Shown: one piece after another, positions 24,302 through 39,985 of the stretch
How the letters are laid out: each line of letters opens with the position of its first letter
Position numbering within the stretch: the stretch's first letter is position 1
Assembly: GCF_009914755.1 (NCBI RefSeq)
Contig: NC_060940.1
Origin: the human T2T-CHM13v2.0 reference genome, Homo sapiens
Strand: one strand, 5' to 3'
Length of the DNA: 64,000 nt
The notes under the pieces: generated by a model
Database searches by the model: none
What the model saw: only the letters and a program-made list of their open reading frames with translations
What the model was told of the DNA's origin: nothing
Program-made: the position numbers and the translations under genes

Positions 24302-25646
24302 AAAATAGCAATACCCTGTCTATTAACTCTTTGTGTCTTTCAATATATCCAAGCTAGTTTAGCTGAGGTCACTTTAGAATACTAAGTAATATCACAAATT
24401 ATTATTCATATAATCACTGAACAAACAGCTCTGAGTTGTATCTATAGATGTTATGTTATTGCCTTTCAAGGATTCATGGTATTTGGCTTCATGCCCCCCC
24501 TTTTTTTCCCTTCCCCCCTCAAAGTCATCTTATTTCTCAAAGTTTTCCATTATTTTAATGGCTACCTCATATATCACATAGGTGATGGGCCATTATTTGG
24601 AAACCCATTCCCCTACTGTGGGACATTTAGGTTATTTCTAGTTTCTGTTAGAACTAATGGTTCAATTAGCATCTTTATGCATACAGCTTTTTCCTTCTAT
24701 TAATTGATCTCCTCAGCATACCTTTGTAGAGCGTAGAACTGGAGTTCCTTGATCCAACAGCTCCTACTGGCCTTTGCCACAGAGAGCCACAATGCTATCT
24801 GGAAGGGTTACACAGGCAGAACCAGCATATTACTGTTTGTTTACAACCTTATCAACACAGGGTGTTCCCACTGATAACATTTTAAACTGATTTTCACATT
24901 GTCACAACCTGTAACTATTTATATATGGTATTCCCAAGCAGCCAGCCTCCTTATTTAAAGTATAAGCATTCTGTCTTTCATTTTCCCACAGGACAGAGTT
25001 CACATGTTTAATTAGAGTGGAAATTCAGAGTGAGTCTACATTCAGTTTGGGCAGAAAAATACCAGTCCATCCAAGCTACTGCACTGTTACTAGATTATTG
25101 CACCAGTGAAGAGCCTACCTTTTTTCCTTTTCAATCTCCAGTTGTAGCACTACACAGATTCCATCTGAATGCAGTGCAAAGCCCAAAACTCACACCCCAA
25201 GCCTCTGTGGTTCATACTGGCTTAGGTATTTACCCCACTAGCCAGGATTCCTTAGCTGGTTACTTCTTCCCAGCTGATGCACCGTCTGCTTTTATAAACA
25301 TGTGCCACAGCACTTAGAAAGAACTGTCTTGCCTCTAAGCTGATCTGTTTACAAGGCCATGCCCTGCTGAATCTTAGGCGTGAGAGAATAAAAGCTCCTT
25401 TTAATTTTCAAAACAGAGTTACGCAAATAGAGGCTCTCCATGGCTCATTCAGATGAGGGAGGCTCTGTGTCTTCTTCCGGCTTTCCTGATTTTATCTGAT
25501 GTTCACCAAGAGCTTGTCCTGTTACTTTGGAATTGTGACAATGTCTCATCTGATGCTGGGCATTCCCTGAGGGACAGTCCACTTTTATAAAGCACCATTT
25601 CCCGAGTGCTTACCAAAACGCCTATCTGAAATTCTGTCTTTGTTCA

Positions 25647-25846
<200 letters not shown>

Positions 25847-26278
25847 GACTCACAGCTTTTGAAGTGAATGTTACTGTCCCCTTTTCACCAATGAGCAAAC
25901 CATTTGAATCGTGGGGTCACCACTTCCTGTGTGACGCTGTGCCACCATTGTACGTCTCCACTCCAAGGCCATTTGTCTCTGACCCCGTTCCCTACTGTCA
26001 CTCTGCGTCTGTGATCTCCTGTACCTCAGACTTCATTCCTACCGTGCTTTATTTTCAATGTAGGACTTGTTTAGGCTTCTCTAAGCTGAACAAGTGGGAA
26101 TTCCATTGGTAATTTACCTGAATGTGGCTTTATGTTTATATCCTTTCAATATGATTTGTGATATTGGTTATATAAAAAGTTGTATCATCGTATTTAAATA
26201 GAGTTAATCTTGGAAATAACTGGTAACTAATGTTCTGTTAAACAAAATGTACTGCTGTTTTTATTAAAAAATTAAAAT

Positions 26279-26549
<271 letters not shown>

Positions 26550-27939
26550 TTAAAGTTAAAATGCATGCCCAGCATTTAAGTTTGGGGGGCAGGATCAGAA
26601 AAACACATGTGCCCATAGTCCCACCACTCAAAAGAACCAACTAGTGTAAATACTGTGGTACATTTTTTATGCATTAGAAAATTTGCATGTATCTTGTAGT
26701 TTTCATTTTATATAGTTGTGATTATATTCCATATACACCTTGATATATTTCAAACTAAATAAATTATTTTAAAATAATTTAATGCCTTTATGATCCTGTA
26801 TCTAGCGAACAGATAGATATATGGTAGTTACTTAATCATTTTTTTATTCTTGGAGAGTTAAAATTTCTACCCTTTACCACCACCATGTTTCATTAATATA
26901 AATCGTGGTTTAGTAAATATATTTGTGTAAGATTTGGGGGAACTCTTTATTTTCTTAACATCAGTTCCAAGGAGAATGCTGGGGTCAAACAACATGAAAA
27001 TATTTAAGGCTCTGGGTAGTTACTGGCAAGATACTTTTTCTGTGCTGCCTACACAGATGGCTTTTATCTCTGCTGCTGGTTTTCTTTGAGAAGAGTAGGT
27101 ATGTTTCACCCAGGTGGATATGCTGCTGATCAGTTTATTTTCCCCAGATGACCTGCCTGTCTGGCATGCAGCACTGTTAACCTTACCGGGAGATGCCATT
27201 AAAGTTCCTGGGTATGCAACTCTCTTTCCCGTCTGGAACCAAGACAGAAGAGGACAGGAGCATTGTGTCAGCGAAATAAAAAAAGGCTGAATGCGGAAAG
27301 CAGAAAGAAACAAGCTAAACTTTGGGTCAGCTCGTTTTGCCAGCCTTTTGATAGTGTTCATTGTTCTGCTGCTTCAGAACCTACTGAGAAAGTTCGAAGA
27401 CTTTCTTGACTGCGTTGGGAAATGTTCAGAATTCTTTGCCTGGTTTGCTAAGACAGAGCTTGCCCTTAAACTTGGTTCCGGGGAATTTTACCTGGTGTGG
27501 CCTAGATTTGAAGGACTTTATGATGAAGTACTTGGCTTTGTGCTCTTCTTATTATTGGCTGCCTTCAAACCCACTTTAGGGAGAGAGGCTGAGCAGATCC
27601 TCCCTGGGAAAAAATTCAGTCATGTTACCGTTTTCTGAACAAGAATCCAGAACCTTCCAGAAGCCTGTGTAAATCACTCTATGTGTTCCCAAAGCATTCA
27701 CAGCTCAGCACTTTCAAAATATAGGAGCAGAAGACATGAAAAAAATGAACACTCATACATCTATATCTCATGTTCAATCTGAATAGCAAATATTAATAGT
27801 AAAAACCACTGTTTAAAGTATTAAAATCACTATGATCCTTATTAATAATACAAAACAGAGCTTCTTAATCCAGAAATTCAAATTCTAGCAGTTAATCCTA
27901 AAACAAGGCAATCTTCATCATCTGGACAGCTGATAAGAG

Positions 27940-28057
27940 TGTATGTGATTATGTGTGTGTACATGTGCATGAGTGTATGTGATTGTGTATGTGTGTGTGT
28001 GCACGTGTGTACGTATACGTGATTGTGTGTGTATGTGTGTGTGTGCATGTATGTGTA
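27940..28057. repeat. Degenerate (TG)n simple repeat
   Basis: TGTG/TATG-rich tract. Confidence 0.85.
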
Positions 28058-28378
28058 GATATCAGGAGTTTCAGAATTCAAAAACCGCATGAACAGACTA
28101 ATAGATCTGTGAAGTTCTGTTATTAAAAACAATTTAATTATGTTTAACCCTAATCCTTTGAACACAGGCCACTGCTTTGTTTTTGTCTTTGATTTTTTTT
28201 CATTAGCTATTTGTTAATACACTTCCCTGGGACACAGACAGAGAAACGTTTTTCTTAAAGCAGTAAAAATAATATCATGAGAAACCGGAGATCAATTTAA
28301 ATGTCTAACAGTTGGGGCGAAGCTCTCTGACTACCATGAAATAACGTTGTGGGAGAAATTTAATAGAAATGATGTTTA

Positions 28379-31300
28379 AGACTAACAGCAGATCTCTGGG
28401 CAGAAACCCTAAAAGCCAGAAGACCTACAAGCCAGAAGAGAAAGGGGGCCAATTTTCAACATTATTAAAGAAAAGAATTTTCAACCCAGGATTTCATATC
28501 CAGCCAAACTGAGTTTCATAAGCGAAGGAGAAATAAAATTCTTTACAGACAAGCAAATTCTGAGCGATTTTATCACCACCAGGCCTGTCTTACAAGAGCT
28601 CCTGAAGAAAGCACTAAACATGGAAAGGAACAACTGATACCAGCCACTGCAAAAAGATACCAAATTGTAAAGACCATCAACACTATGAAGAAACTGCATC
28701 AACTAATGGGCAAAGTAACTAGCTAGCATCATAATGACAGGATCAAATTCACACATAACAACCCTAAAACTTAAAGTATAATAATAAAAAAAAGAAAACA
28801 ATATTAACCTTCAATACAAATGGACTAAATGCTCCAATTAAAAGACACAGACTGGCAAATTAGATAAAGAGTCAAGACCCATCCTGTGCTGTATTCAGGA
28901 AACCCATCTCACGTGCAGAGACACAAATAGGCTCAAAATAAAGAGATACAGGAAGATTTACCAAGCAAGTGGGAAGAAAAAAAAGCAGGGTTGCAATCCT
29001 AGTCTCTGATAAAACAGTTTAAACCAACAAGATCAAAAGAGACAAAGAAGGGCATTACATAATGGTAAAGGGATCAATGCAACAAGAACTAACTATCCTA
29101 AATATATATGCACCCAATACCGGAGCACCCAAACTCATAAAGCAAGTTCTTAAAGACCTACAAAGAAACTTAGACTACCACACAGTAATAGTGGGAGACT
29201 TCAACACTCCACTGTCAATATTAGACATATCGACGAGACAGAAAATTAACAAGGATATCCAGGACTTGAACTCAGCTCTGGACCAAGCAGATCTAATAGA
29301 CATTTACAGAACTCTCCACCGCAAATCAACAAAATATACATTCTTCTCAGCACCACATTGCACTTATTGTAAAATTGACCACATAATTGGAAGTAAAACA
29401 CTACTCAGCAAATGCAAAAGAACGGACAACATAACAGTCTCTCAGACCACAGTGCAATCATATTAGAACTCAGGATTAAGAAACTCACTCAAAACTGCAC
29501 AACTACATGGAACCTGAACAACCTGCTCCTGAATGACTACTGGGTAAGTAACAAAATGAAGACAGAAATAAAGTTCTTTCAAACCAATGAGAACAAAGAC
29601 ACAATGTAGCAGAATCTCTGGGACACATTTAAACCAGTGTGTAGAGGGAAATTTATAGCACTAAATGCCCACAAGAGAAAGCAGGAAAGATCTAAAATCG
29701 ACACTCTAACATCACAATTAAAAGAACTAGAGAAGCAAGAGCAAATAAATTCCAAAGTTAGCAAAAGACAAGAAATAACTAAGATCAGAGCAGAACTGAA
29801 GGAGATAGAGACACAAAAAACCCTTCAAAAAATCAATGAATCCAGAAACTGGTTTTTTTGCAAAGATCAACAAAATACACCAGTAGCCAGATTAATAAAG
29901 AAGAAAAGAGGGAAGAATTAAATAGACTCAGTACAAAATGATAAAGGGGATATCACCACTGATCTCACAGAAATACAAACTACCATCAGAGAATACTATA
30001 AACACCTCTGTGCAAATAAACTAGAAAATCTAGAAGAAATGGATAAATTCCTGGACACATACACCCTCCCAAAACTAAACCAGGAAGAAGTCAAATCCCT
30101 GAATAGACCAATAACAAGTTCTGAAATTGAGGGAGTAATTAATAGCCTACCACCCAAAATAAGTCCAGGACCAGAGGGATTCAAAGCCAAATTCTACCAG
30201 AAGTACAAAGAGGAGCTGGTACCATACCTTCTGAAACTATTGCAAACAATAGGAAAAGAAGGAATCCTCCTTAACTCATTTTATGAGGCCAGCATCATCC
30301 TGATACCAAAACCTGGCAGAGACACAACAAAAAAAGAATATTTGAGGCCGATATCCCTGATGAACATTGCTGCGAAAATCCTCAATAAAATACTGGCAAA
30401 CCGAATCCAGCAGCACATCAAAAAGCTTATGCACCACGATCGAGTCAGTTTTATCCCTGGGATGCAAGGCTGGTTTAACATATGCAAATCAGTAAACGTA
30501 ATCCATCACATAAACAGAACGGATGATAAAAACCACATGATTCTCGCAATAGATGCAGAAAAGGCCTTCAACAAAATTCAACAACCCTTCATGCTAAAAC
30601 TCTCAATAAACTAGGTATTGATGGAACGTATCTCAAAATAATAAGAGCTATTTTTGACACACCCATAGCCAATATCATACTGAATGGGCAAAAACTGGAA
30701 GCATGCCTTTTGAAAACCTGCACAAGACAAGGATGCCCTCTCTCACTGGTCCTATTCCACATAGTATTGGAAGTTCTGGCCAGGACAATCAGACAAGAGA
30801 AAGAAATAAAGGGTATTCAATTAGGAAAAAAGGAAGTCAAATTGTCTCTGTTTACAGATGACATGATTGCATATTTAGAAAACCCTATCGTCTCAGCCCA
30901 AAACCTCCTTAAGCAGATAAGCAACTTCAGCAAAGTCTCAGGATACAAAATCCATGTGCAAAAATCACAAGCATTTCTATACACCAATAATAGACAAACA
31001 AGAGAGCAAAATCATGAGTGAACTCCTATTCACAATTGCTACAAAGAGAATAAAATACCTAGGAACACAACTTACAAGGGATTATGAAAGACCTCTTCAA
31101 GGAGAACTACAAACCACTGCTCAAGGAAATAAGAGAGGACACAAACAAATGGATAAACATTGCATGCTCATGGGTAGGAAGAATCAATATTGTGAAAATG
31201 GCCATACTGCCCAAAGCAATTTATAGATTCAGTGCTATCCCCATCAAGCTACCACTGACTTTCTTCACAGAATTAGAAAAAACTACCTTAAATTTCATAT

Positions 31301-32815
31301 GGAACCAAAAAAGAGCCCACATAGCCAAGACAATCCAAAGCAAAAAGAGCAAAGCTGGAGGCATCATGCTGCCTGACTTCAAAGGATACTACAAGGCTAC
31401 AATAACTAAAAAGCATGGTACTGGTGCCAAAACAGATATATAGATTAATGGAACAGAACAAAGGCCTCAGAAATAGCACCACAAAACTACAACCATCTGA
31501 TCCTTGACAAACTTGAGAAAAACAAGCAATGGGGAAAGAATTCCCTATTTGATAAATGGTGTTGAGAAAACTGGCTAGCCATATGCAGAAAACAGAAACT
31601 GGAACCCTTCCTTATGCCTTATACAAAAATTAACTCAAGCTGGATTAAAGACCTAAACATAAGACCTAAAACCATAAAAACCCTAGAAGAAAACCTAGGC
31701 AACACCATCCAGGTCATAGGTATGGGCAAAGACATATGGGCAAAGACTTCATGACTAAAACAACCAAAGCAATGGCAACAAAAGCCAAAATTGAGAAATG
31801 GGATCCAATTAAACTAAATAGCTTCTTCACAGCAAAAGAAACTATCATCAGAGTGAACAGGAAACCTACAGAATGGGAGAAAATTTTTGCAATCTATCCA
31901 TCTGACAAAGGGCTAATATCCAGAATCTACAAAGAACTTAAACAAATTTACAAGAAAAAAAACCACACAACCCCATCAAAAAGTGGGCAAAGGATATAAA
32001 CAGACACTTCTCAAAAGAAGACATTTATACAGTCAGCAAACATATGAAAAAATGCTCATCATCACTGGTCATTAGAGAAATGCAAATCACAAACACAATG
32101 AGATACCATCTCACACCAGTTAGAATGGTGATCATTAAAAAGTCAGGAAAGAACAGATGCTGGAGAGGATGTGGAGATATAGGAACACTTTTACACTGTT
32201 GGTGAGAGTGTAAATTAGTTCAACCATTGTGGAAGACAGTGTGGCAATTCCTCAAGGATCTAGAACTAGAAATACCATTTGACCCAGCAATCCCATTACT
32301 GGGTATATACCCAAAGGATTATAAATCATTCTACTATAAAGACAAATGCACACGTATGTTTATTGCAGTACTGTGCACAGTAGTAAAGACTTGGAACCAA
32401 CCCAAATGCCCATCAATGATAGACTGGATAAAGAAAATGTGGCACATATATACCATGGAATACTATGCAGCCATAAAAAAGGATGAGTTCATGTCCTTTG
32501 CAGGGACATGGATGAAGCTGAAAACCAACATTCTCAGCAAACCAACACAAGAACAGAAAACCAAACACTGTACGTTCTGACTCATAAGTGGGAGTTGAAC
32601 ATTGAGAACACACGGACAAGGGAGGGTAACATCACATACCAGGGCCTGTCAGGGGGTGGGGTGTTAGGGGAGGGATAGCATTAGGAGACATACCTAATGT
32701 AGATGACGGGTTGATGGGTGCAACAAACCACCATGGCATGTGTATACCTATGTAAAAACCTGCATGTTCTGCACATGTACCCCAGAACTTAAAGTATATA
32801 AAAAAATTTAAAAAC
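28379..32815 (+). mobile_element. LINE-1 (L1PA7-like), 5'-truncated within ORF1, inactive
   Basis: Fragmented ORF2 peptides (endonuclease NIYAPN/GDFN, RT QGCPLS and FTDD, C-terminal WWE/WKTVW region); 3' UTR GTAGATGACGGGTTGATGGGTGC...CCCAGAACTTAAAG; several stops and frameshifts. Confidence 0.96.
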
Positions 32816-33343
32816 AAAATGTTTATAACCTATTAGATGAAAAATGTACGTTATAAAAGTTGGTAGGGTATGATCCCATTTTTGTTAAACCTACATTCAT
32901 GACTTTGTACCTACAAATACGTATTGAGAGAAAAAATGAATGAAAAAGTGCTAATAATGTTTATCTCTGGGTAGAGGACATGTGGATGACATTTTTTTCT
33001 TAGGCTCATCTATATTCCCCACATTTTCTATGATAAAGGTATGCTCTAATAGTTTTTAAAAAGTAAAATTTAGAAAAATGATGACAAAATATGCCAGTGC
33101 TTGTAAAACATGCCCAGCTGCCTTATTGAGTATTATAGCACGGCTGTGAGCTGACTCAGGTCCAGTCATGGAGCCTCCAGAAAGTACTCTTGAGTTGACA
33201 TACTGACAGAAATGGAATGGCTTGTAAGTTTCCCAGGAACAGGATGGGGAACCTTAGGGCTACATGGCACCAAGAAACATATATTTGAAAAAAATAAAAG
33301 CAGGTGGATTATTTTGGGTCACTTAATTGTTTCAAAATAACTG

Positions 33344-33652
33344 GCTGGGCCAGTTAATCCCAGCCCTTTGGCAGGCTAAGGCAGCAGGATCCTTTCAGTC
33401 CAGGAGTTTGAGATGAGCCTGGTCTCAACCCCATCTCTACAAAAGTCTGGTCTCAAATCCCGTCTCTACAAAAAATTATCCAGGCATGGCGGCACACACC
33501 TGTGGTCCCAGCTACTCAGGAGGCTGAGGTAGGGGGATCGCCTGGGCCTGGGAGGTCAAGACTGCAGTGAGCCTTGATTGTGCCACTGCACTCTAGCCTG
33601 GGGGACAGAAGGATACCCTGTCTCACACAAACAAACAAACAAAACAAAACAA
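33344..33652 (+). mobile_element. AluJ-like with internal duplication and (CAAA)n tail
   Basis: GGAGGTCAAGACTGCAGTGAGC; TSD AACTGGCTGG; duplicated CTGGTCTCAA...TCTCTACAAAA. Confidence 0.85.
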
Positions 33653-34191
33653 CTGGCTGGTTGTCTGAATTACCTTTCATTGCTGTGTGTGTATGAACAC
33701 CATCTCCCTGTGACTTTGGCCAGGTCAGTATTCAACAAGAGACTTTTTTTCCACTTGAGTTTGACATTCTGCCATGGTCGAGTAACGGTACTGTAATTGT
33801 TTAGCTCCTCATGTCTCCACCTCAGTGCACTCCTATTAACCTTGAACATTCATGCCCAGATTTTGCCACACCCAGAGTATGGATATATGACAAACCCCAT
33901 TCTACGTTTTGTTTTATTACTACTTGCTAAAAATTTGAACTAAATGATAAGCTGAAGTATTGATTTTTTTTTTGCCCATCTCATCTCTGCTACTATAAAG
34001 TTTTTAAACATTGGAAAACAAAATAATACATTTTACGCTACTCTAAACAAATATCCTCATCAAAAAAACCTGAAATATTTAGACTTAAAAAATATCAGCA
34101 ATGTCAATATAACTGTTGAGTGGAGAGAAATCCTGGGTGTAGACCACAACTTCTTTCTTGGAATCTGAGAATAATACCTTTTCAGAAAAAT

Positions 34192-34479
34192 CTTTGAGAC
34201 AGGGTCTTTCTCTGTCACACAGGCAAGACTGCTATGGCACAATTATAGCTTACTGTTACCTTGAACTCCTGCGCTCAAGCGATCCTCTCACCTGAGCCTC
34301 CCAAGTAGCTAGGACTATAGGCACGCACCACCACACTCAGCTAAGTACTTAGTTTTTGTAGAGATAAGGTCTTGCTATGTTGCCCAGGCTGGTCTCCAAC
34401 TCCTAGCCTCAAGTGATCCTCCTGCTTCTGCCTCCCAAAGGGAGGTTGGGATTATAGGTATAAGCCACCTTGCCCAGCC
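34192..34479 (-). mobile_element. AluJ-like
   Basis: GAGACAGGGTCT...CTCAAGCGATCCTCTCACC...AGCCACCTTGCCCAGCC. Confidence 0.9.
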
Positions 34480-37400
34480 ACATTATTTTTGAACTTTAAA
34501 GTTATTTCATGACTTGTGTAACAACTATTTGAAGGGAAAGAATGAAAAATATGCCATCTACAAGGAAAGCGTGAATACCTAAGAAACATCCAAATAATTC
34601 ACCCATTAACTATCAGTCTAAATGAGGGCAAGGTGGGTCTGATCTCCTAATAATATCACATGTGCTTCATTCATAAAATCAAGAAAGAATGGCTTCACTA
34701 GATCCTGCTCTGACTTTAATCCCAGGACAGGAAATGCACTGATAATTCTCAAAGCTTTGGATAGGAAAGCTTCACAAATTGGCCTGGATCCATTTCTGTG
34801 GCTGTGAGTCTTCACACATTGATCTTCCTGATCCCTGAGCCCCTGCCGGTGTTTCCTCACTGGCTCATGCCCTTTTCAATGGTTGGCACCTTTGATCATA
34901 AATGTTTCCACAGGTACACAAAGACAGGCATGAAAGATAGAGGAAAAGAGCTCTCTGCCTATATTTGTTATGGTTGAAAATTCAGATGTTTCTCCTCTGT
35001 TTCCACTTAGGCTGAGTTACAAGGTAATTTGCTCAGGAAGACGAATATAATGGTGGTGGGGGGTTAGGGCAGGGGGAGGTCCGCTCAGGGTTTCCACCAA
35101 GGGTGCAGGTTTAACAGAAGCCAGAATGGGAGGATCATGTACATAGACTACAGTGAGAATGGTACCCCAGTTCCTCCCTCCAGCAACATCAGCCTGCACC
35201 AGTCTGAGACAGGGCACGGTGGGGAATGAGGGGCCAGGATGGGCTTTCATCGTTAACACACATCCATCAGAGCACAATTCTTCTTGGAGCAAAAGATACA
35301 GCACAGTAGAAAAAGCCCAATCAGCCACATTCTAATCCCCTTCTCACCCACGGAGCTGTGTGATCCTGGCAAATCATGTGTCCTCTCAGAGCTTCTTCCT
35401 TCAAACATAGACCCCCCCAACACCCAGGTCACACGAACTTTCTCCTTCTGAGGATAAAGGCCACAGCCGGAATTTAGTAACATTAATTTTAAAACCCTCA
35501 TCTCCAGGCCAGAAAAGCCTCTCCCAACCCCTTGGAAACGGGTTTTGATGGCACCACCAAGACAGCAGGGTCAGTGACTCACGGATTTGGGGGATGGCCT
35601 TGTGGGCGCGAGGCTCCTCCGGAAAGCAGGCATTGTGCAGGGTGTCTCTTTGATGGTCTTTTAAAGAGCTTTCCCTGTTAGCTAGAGCAGTTTCACCTTC
35701 AGATAGAGCTGCCTTTCCGTTGTCCGTGGAATTCACTGCACATTTCGAGGGACCGCCTGTCCTGGCAGAGAGCAAGGGACTCATAAAAGTGTCAGAACAT
35801 TATGAACAGCCCGAAGATGGGCTGTGAGCGGGGATAAGTGAAGCGCGGCGTGGAGGCCGTTCGGTAACTCCATCCATCTGTGGACAGGGGCGTGAGGACA
35901 AGGCGAACAGACTCGTGGCGAGCAGCACCTGGGCAAGCCAGCAGGTGCTTGAGCCACGGGGCTGGCTCCTCGTTGAGCTATCTAGAGGAGTGCACCGAGC
36001 AAAGCGCCTGCTGAAAATACTTTGTACCTCCGGGATTCCTTCTCTTCACTTCGAAGTGAAAGATGCGGAGTTTAATCCTAACCTAGTGGTGAGAGGGTCC
36101 TAAATTCCCTTCCTCGTAGAATGACCTGATTTCTGCGGCTCTGAGCTTGCTTGCGGCAGCCTGTGTATTAATTTAACTTCGTTTTTATAGGCCTTTTGCA
36201 TGCAATGTTAAACACACAGCCCCGCCATCTAATCAAAAGGGACTCTTATCAATTTGCAGGATAGTTGCTTACAGAAAAAAAAAGAATAAAAACACTACAC
36301 TGAATCCTTCATTCTTAAGAGGTAAATATCGATCACTGAGAATGTATTTAATCACTGATCTTGTAAACAGGTTGTAAACACATACATGCTGAGTGACTCT
36401 GTAGGCAAGCCCTATCTTTGAGAAACATTTCTGGTTCTTACACAGTTAACTTTCTGGAGTTGAATTGCACAGAACCTGAGGACTGAATGCTAGACGTGGT
36501 TATGGCAAGGGAAGCTCTCTTTGGCATTCTGGGTTCTGACCTTTCACCCGGCTAAGGCAGGCTGCTTCTGTGGGTGCCTCCAGCAGTGACAGAAAGAATG
36601 TACAGGAGGTGTGACCAATAGAGGGAACTGAGCAAGAAGTACTGAGGCTCGGAGAGTCACCATCCGCCTTGAAGGCACTGGACCAGACCTCAGATAAACG
36701 AAGCCCAGCCTAGACCCTGCCCTTGCCCGGGTGGGCGGTCTTGAGCAAATTAGGTAAGACCATTGATTTCGAAGAATGTTTCCAACCTGGAAAACCATGT
36801 AGTACAAAGGAATAAACGTGGGTCGAATCCTGGTTCTACAGCTGAGCAACCTTCAGCACAACACTGTGCCTCTCCATGTCTGCAAAGTTGACCTGAAAAT
36901 GCATACTACACATGGTTCCTTTAAACTTGAAGAAATTAACCAAGTATACGAAAAGAGTTGATGCATAGGCTTGCTACCAATTCCATTTTCGCATGATGGA
37001 GTGTGCTTTCTGAAGCTAACATTCTAAGATTATATTCCAAATTTCCTGAACAAAATGTACTTATTGCATAGCAAGACTTGCCCCTGAGATCCTTAATTAT
37101 CCATTTATTTTGGGATGAAGATAGGCGAATACATTTTACTGACTCTGCTTCCCGCTCAGTAATTCTTTTTCTGATCCTACGGGGTAGGGCTGCATACGCT
37201 AATATTTCTCTGCCCAAAATATACGGATATCACTTGCCTAAAACTGGCTGCAGCTTGTCGGGTTGGTCAGGTTCAAATATCTATTTTAAAAATCACCCAA
37301 AAAGCAAATTAAAATAAGAAATGTCATGTTTTTCTGTATAGTCTTATTAGTTTTGCCCCAGGAAAAATGGAGTAAAAATAGCTCTCAGGTGGGATAGCAG

Positions 37401-37948
37401 GGACAGCCACGATACTGTCTCCACCTGGATGTGAAATCTGGGGACCAGGAAGCTCAAAGTCACTCTTTGCCAATGGGCTCTTATGGGACAGGATATCTCA
37501 AGTGCTCAAAGGCCAGACTTGACTGTTTAAGAACCCGGGCTAGCATGCACACAGGGAGATGCCACAATTTTGGTATTCTGACCTGGTTTCTGGGGTAAAA
37601 CTGGAAATGAGCTCTTGCTGCGTTTTAATTTTTAAATTAACATCAGATATAAACCTGAAAGAAGGCCTATCAAGGATGTAGTCTAAATCACGAAAGCTGA
37701 CAGAAGCGGAAATAAAACCATCTATTGAATGGAACAGAAAACAGTGGTCTCGGCACCAAGAATAGAAGATTCCTGGCTCATTGGATTCAAATGTGAATTT
37801 TCTTATCTCTGTTATCACCTGTCTAGTTATCAGGTATCTACCTGCCTATCTATCTATTGTTCCATCCCATCCCTTAAAAGGGGTTCTTATGTTGCAAAAA
37901 GAAGAAAGCAGGAAAGAATTACAAAGGTGTTAAGATAACTATATGGAA

Positions 37949-38481
37949 CATGCTGTTCTCAACCTTTTTGGCACCAGGGACTGGTTTCACGGAAGACAGT
38001 TTTTCTGTGGACCGGAGTTAGGTGGCAGATGGTTTCGGGATGATTTAAGCACGTTACATTTACGGTGAACTGTATTTCTATTATTATTACATTGTAATAT
38101 ATAATGAAATAATTATACAACTCACTATAATGTAGAATCTGTGGAAGCCCTGAGCTTATTTTCCTGCAACTAGACGGTCCCATCTGTGGGTGATGGGAAG
38201 CAGTGACAGATCATCATGCATTAGACTCTCATAAGGAGCACACAACCTAGATCCCTTGCATGCACAGTTTACAATAGGGTTTGCCCTCTTATGACAATCT
38301 AATGCCACCGCTGATAGGACAGGAGGTGGAGCTCAAGTGGTAATGTGAGCAATGGGGAACGGCTGCAATTACAGATGAAGTTTTGTTCCCTCACCTGCTA
38401 CTCACCTCTTACTGCGCATTCCAGTTCCTAACAGGCCATGGATTGGTACCAATCTGTGGCCCAGGGGTTGGGGAATCCCTG
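37949..38481 (+). mobile_element. MER1A (hAT-Charlie)
   Basis: CAACCTTTTTGGCACCAGGGACTGGTTTC...CCCAGGGGTTGGGGAATCCCTG; degenerate 8-bp TSD ATATGGAA/ATATAGAC. Confidence 0.9.
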
Positions 38482-39012
38482 ATATAGACAATATACAAGT
38501 TAAAAAGACTTAAATTACATATACTGTGGTCTATTAAAATGGCTGGGTTGGTGAAATGTGAATTTGGGGAGATATGAATATAGGCATGGTTTCTTCTTAC
38601 CTTCACATGTAAACACTTTTGTACTTTACAAAATTTGCATAAGAACATTTTCATGTTATTGATACGACTTTTGGTAACACCTGCAGCAGATTCCAGAATT
38701 TGGAGGTACGGTAGTTGACTCGACAATTTCTCTTTTATATGGAGAAAGAAACTTGGAGTCTTGATACAACATAATATCCCAGCCTAGATCATGAAGAAGT
38801 TAACTGAGAAGGCTCTTACCAACATACTTAACCTAATATTAGAAGGACATTTCAGGCTTAAGCCCTTCCTGCCTGACACTCATGGCACATGGACAGTGTG
38901 TGAAGTTTGGTTAGAAGTTAAATCAAAATAAAAATAGTCAATTCGCATCTGGGGTTCTTTGTTCTCCATGATGCCCTATGATCTGTGCAGCTGAGCCTTC
39001 CCTCCCATTTGA

Positions 39013-39412
<400 letters not shown>

Positions 39413-39985
39413 TTGATAGGCCATTCTTAATGACTACCCGTGCAGGTTTTTCATGCAATGAAGAAGGATCTTGACTAACTCATGGGAATATCAATGCACA
39501 GAATGGGTCATTTACTCACTCAACAAACAATCACCAAGTGGACCCTAATACAGGTTGTGTTCAACAACTGGAAATGCAGAGATGAAAATGTGCTATGTTA
39601 GCCCTAGAGTTCTGGAAGTAGACCTATGAAATGATCATCCAGGGCCCCTTGTGCAACTGCAGGTGGTAACATTACACTGGACGCTAAGTGATAGCCCTAG
39701 AGGTTCCATTGTGGAGATTCAAGGTGGATGTCATCTCCCAGAGCTATGCAACTGGGGGCACTGTGAATAATCAAGACACAAGATGCATCAGTAGCTAAGC
39801 ATCAATGGCTAATCATCAATGGCAAATACATCAATGGGCTAAGCACAAGTACTGTGGGAACAGAGATCACAGGAACCAGCTCTGTCCCACTGGGAGGTGA
39901 TGGGATACCGTTAAAACTTCCCATGGGATGTAATATTGACATTTGAAAAATGGTAGACAAGCAGATTCAAGAATAAGTATATATA

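Noticed and set aside
29062-32580. RT/endonuclease ORFs as an active retroelement or novel RT system
   Set aside because: Ordinary L1 ORF2 fragments broken by many stops and frameshifts
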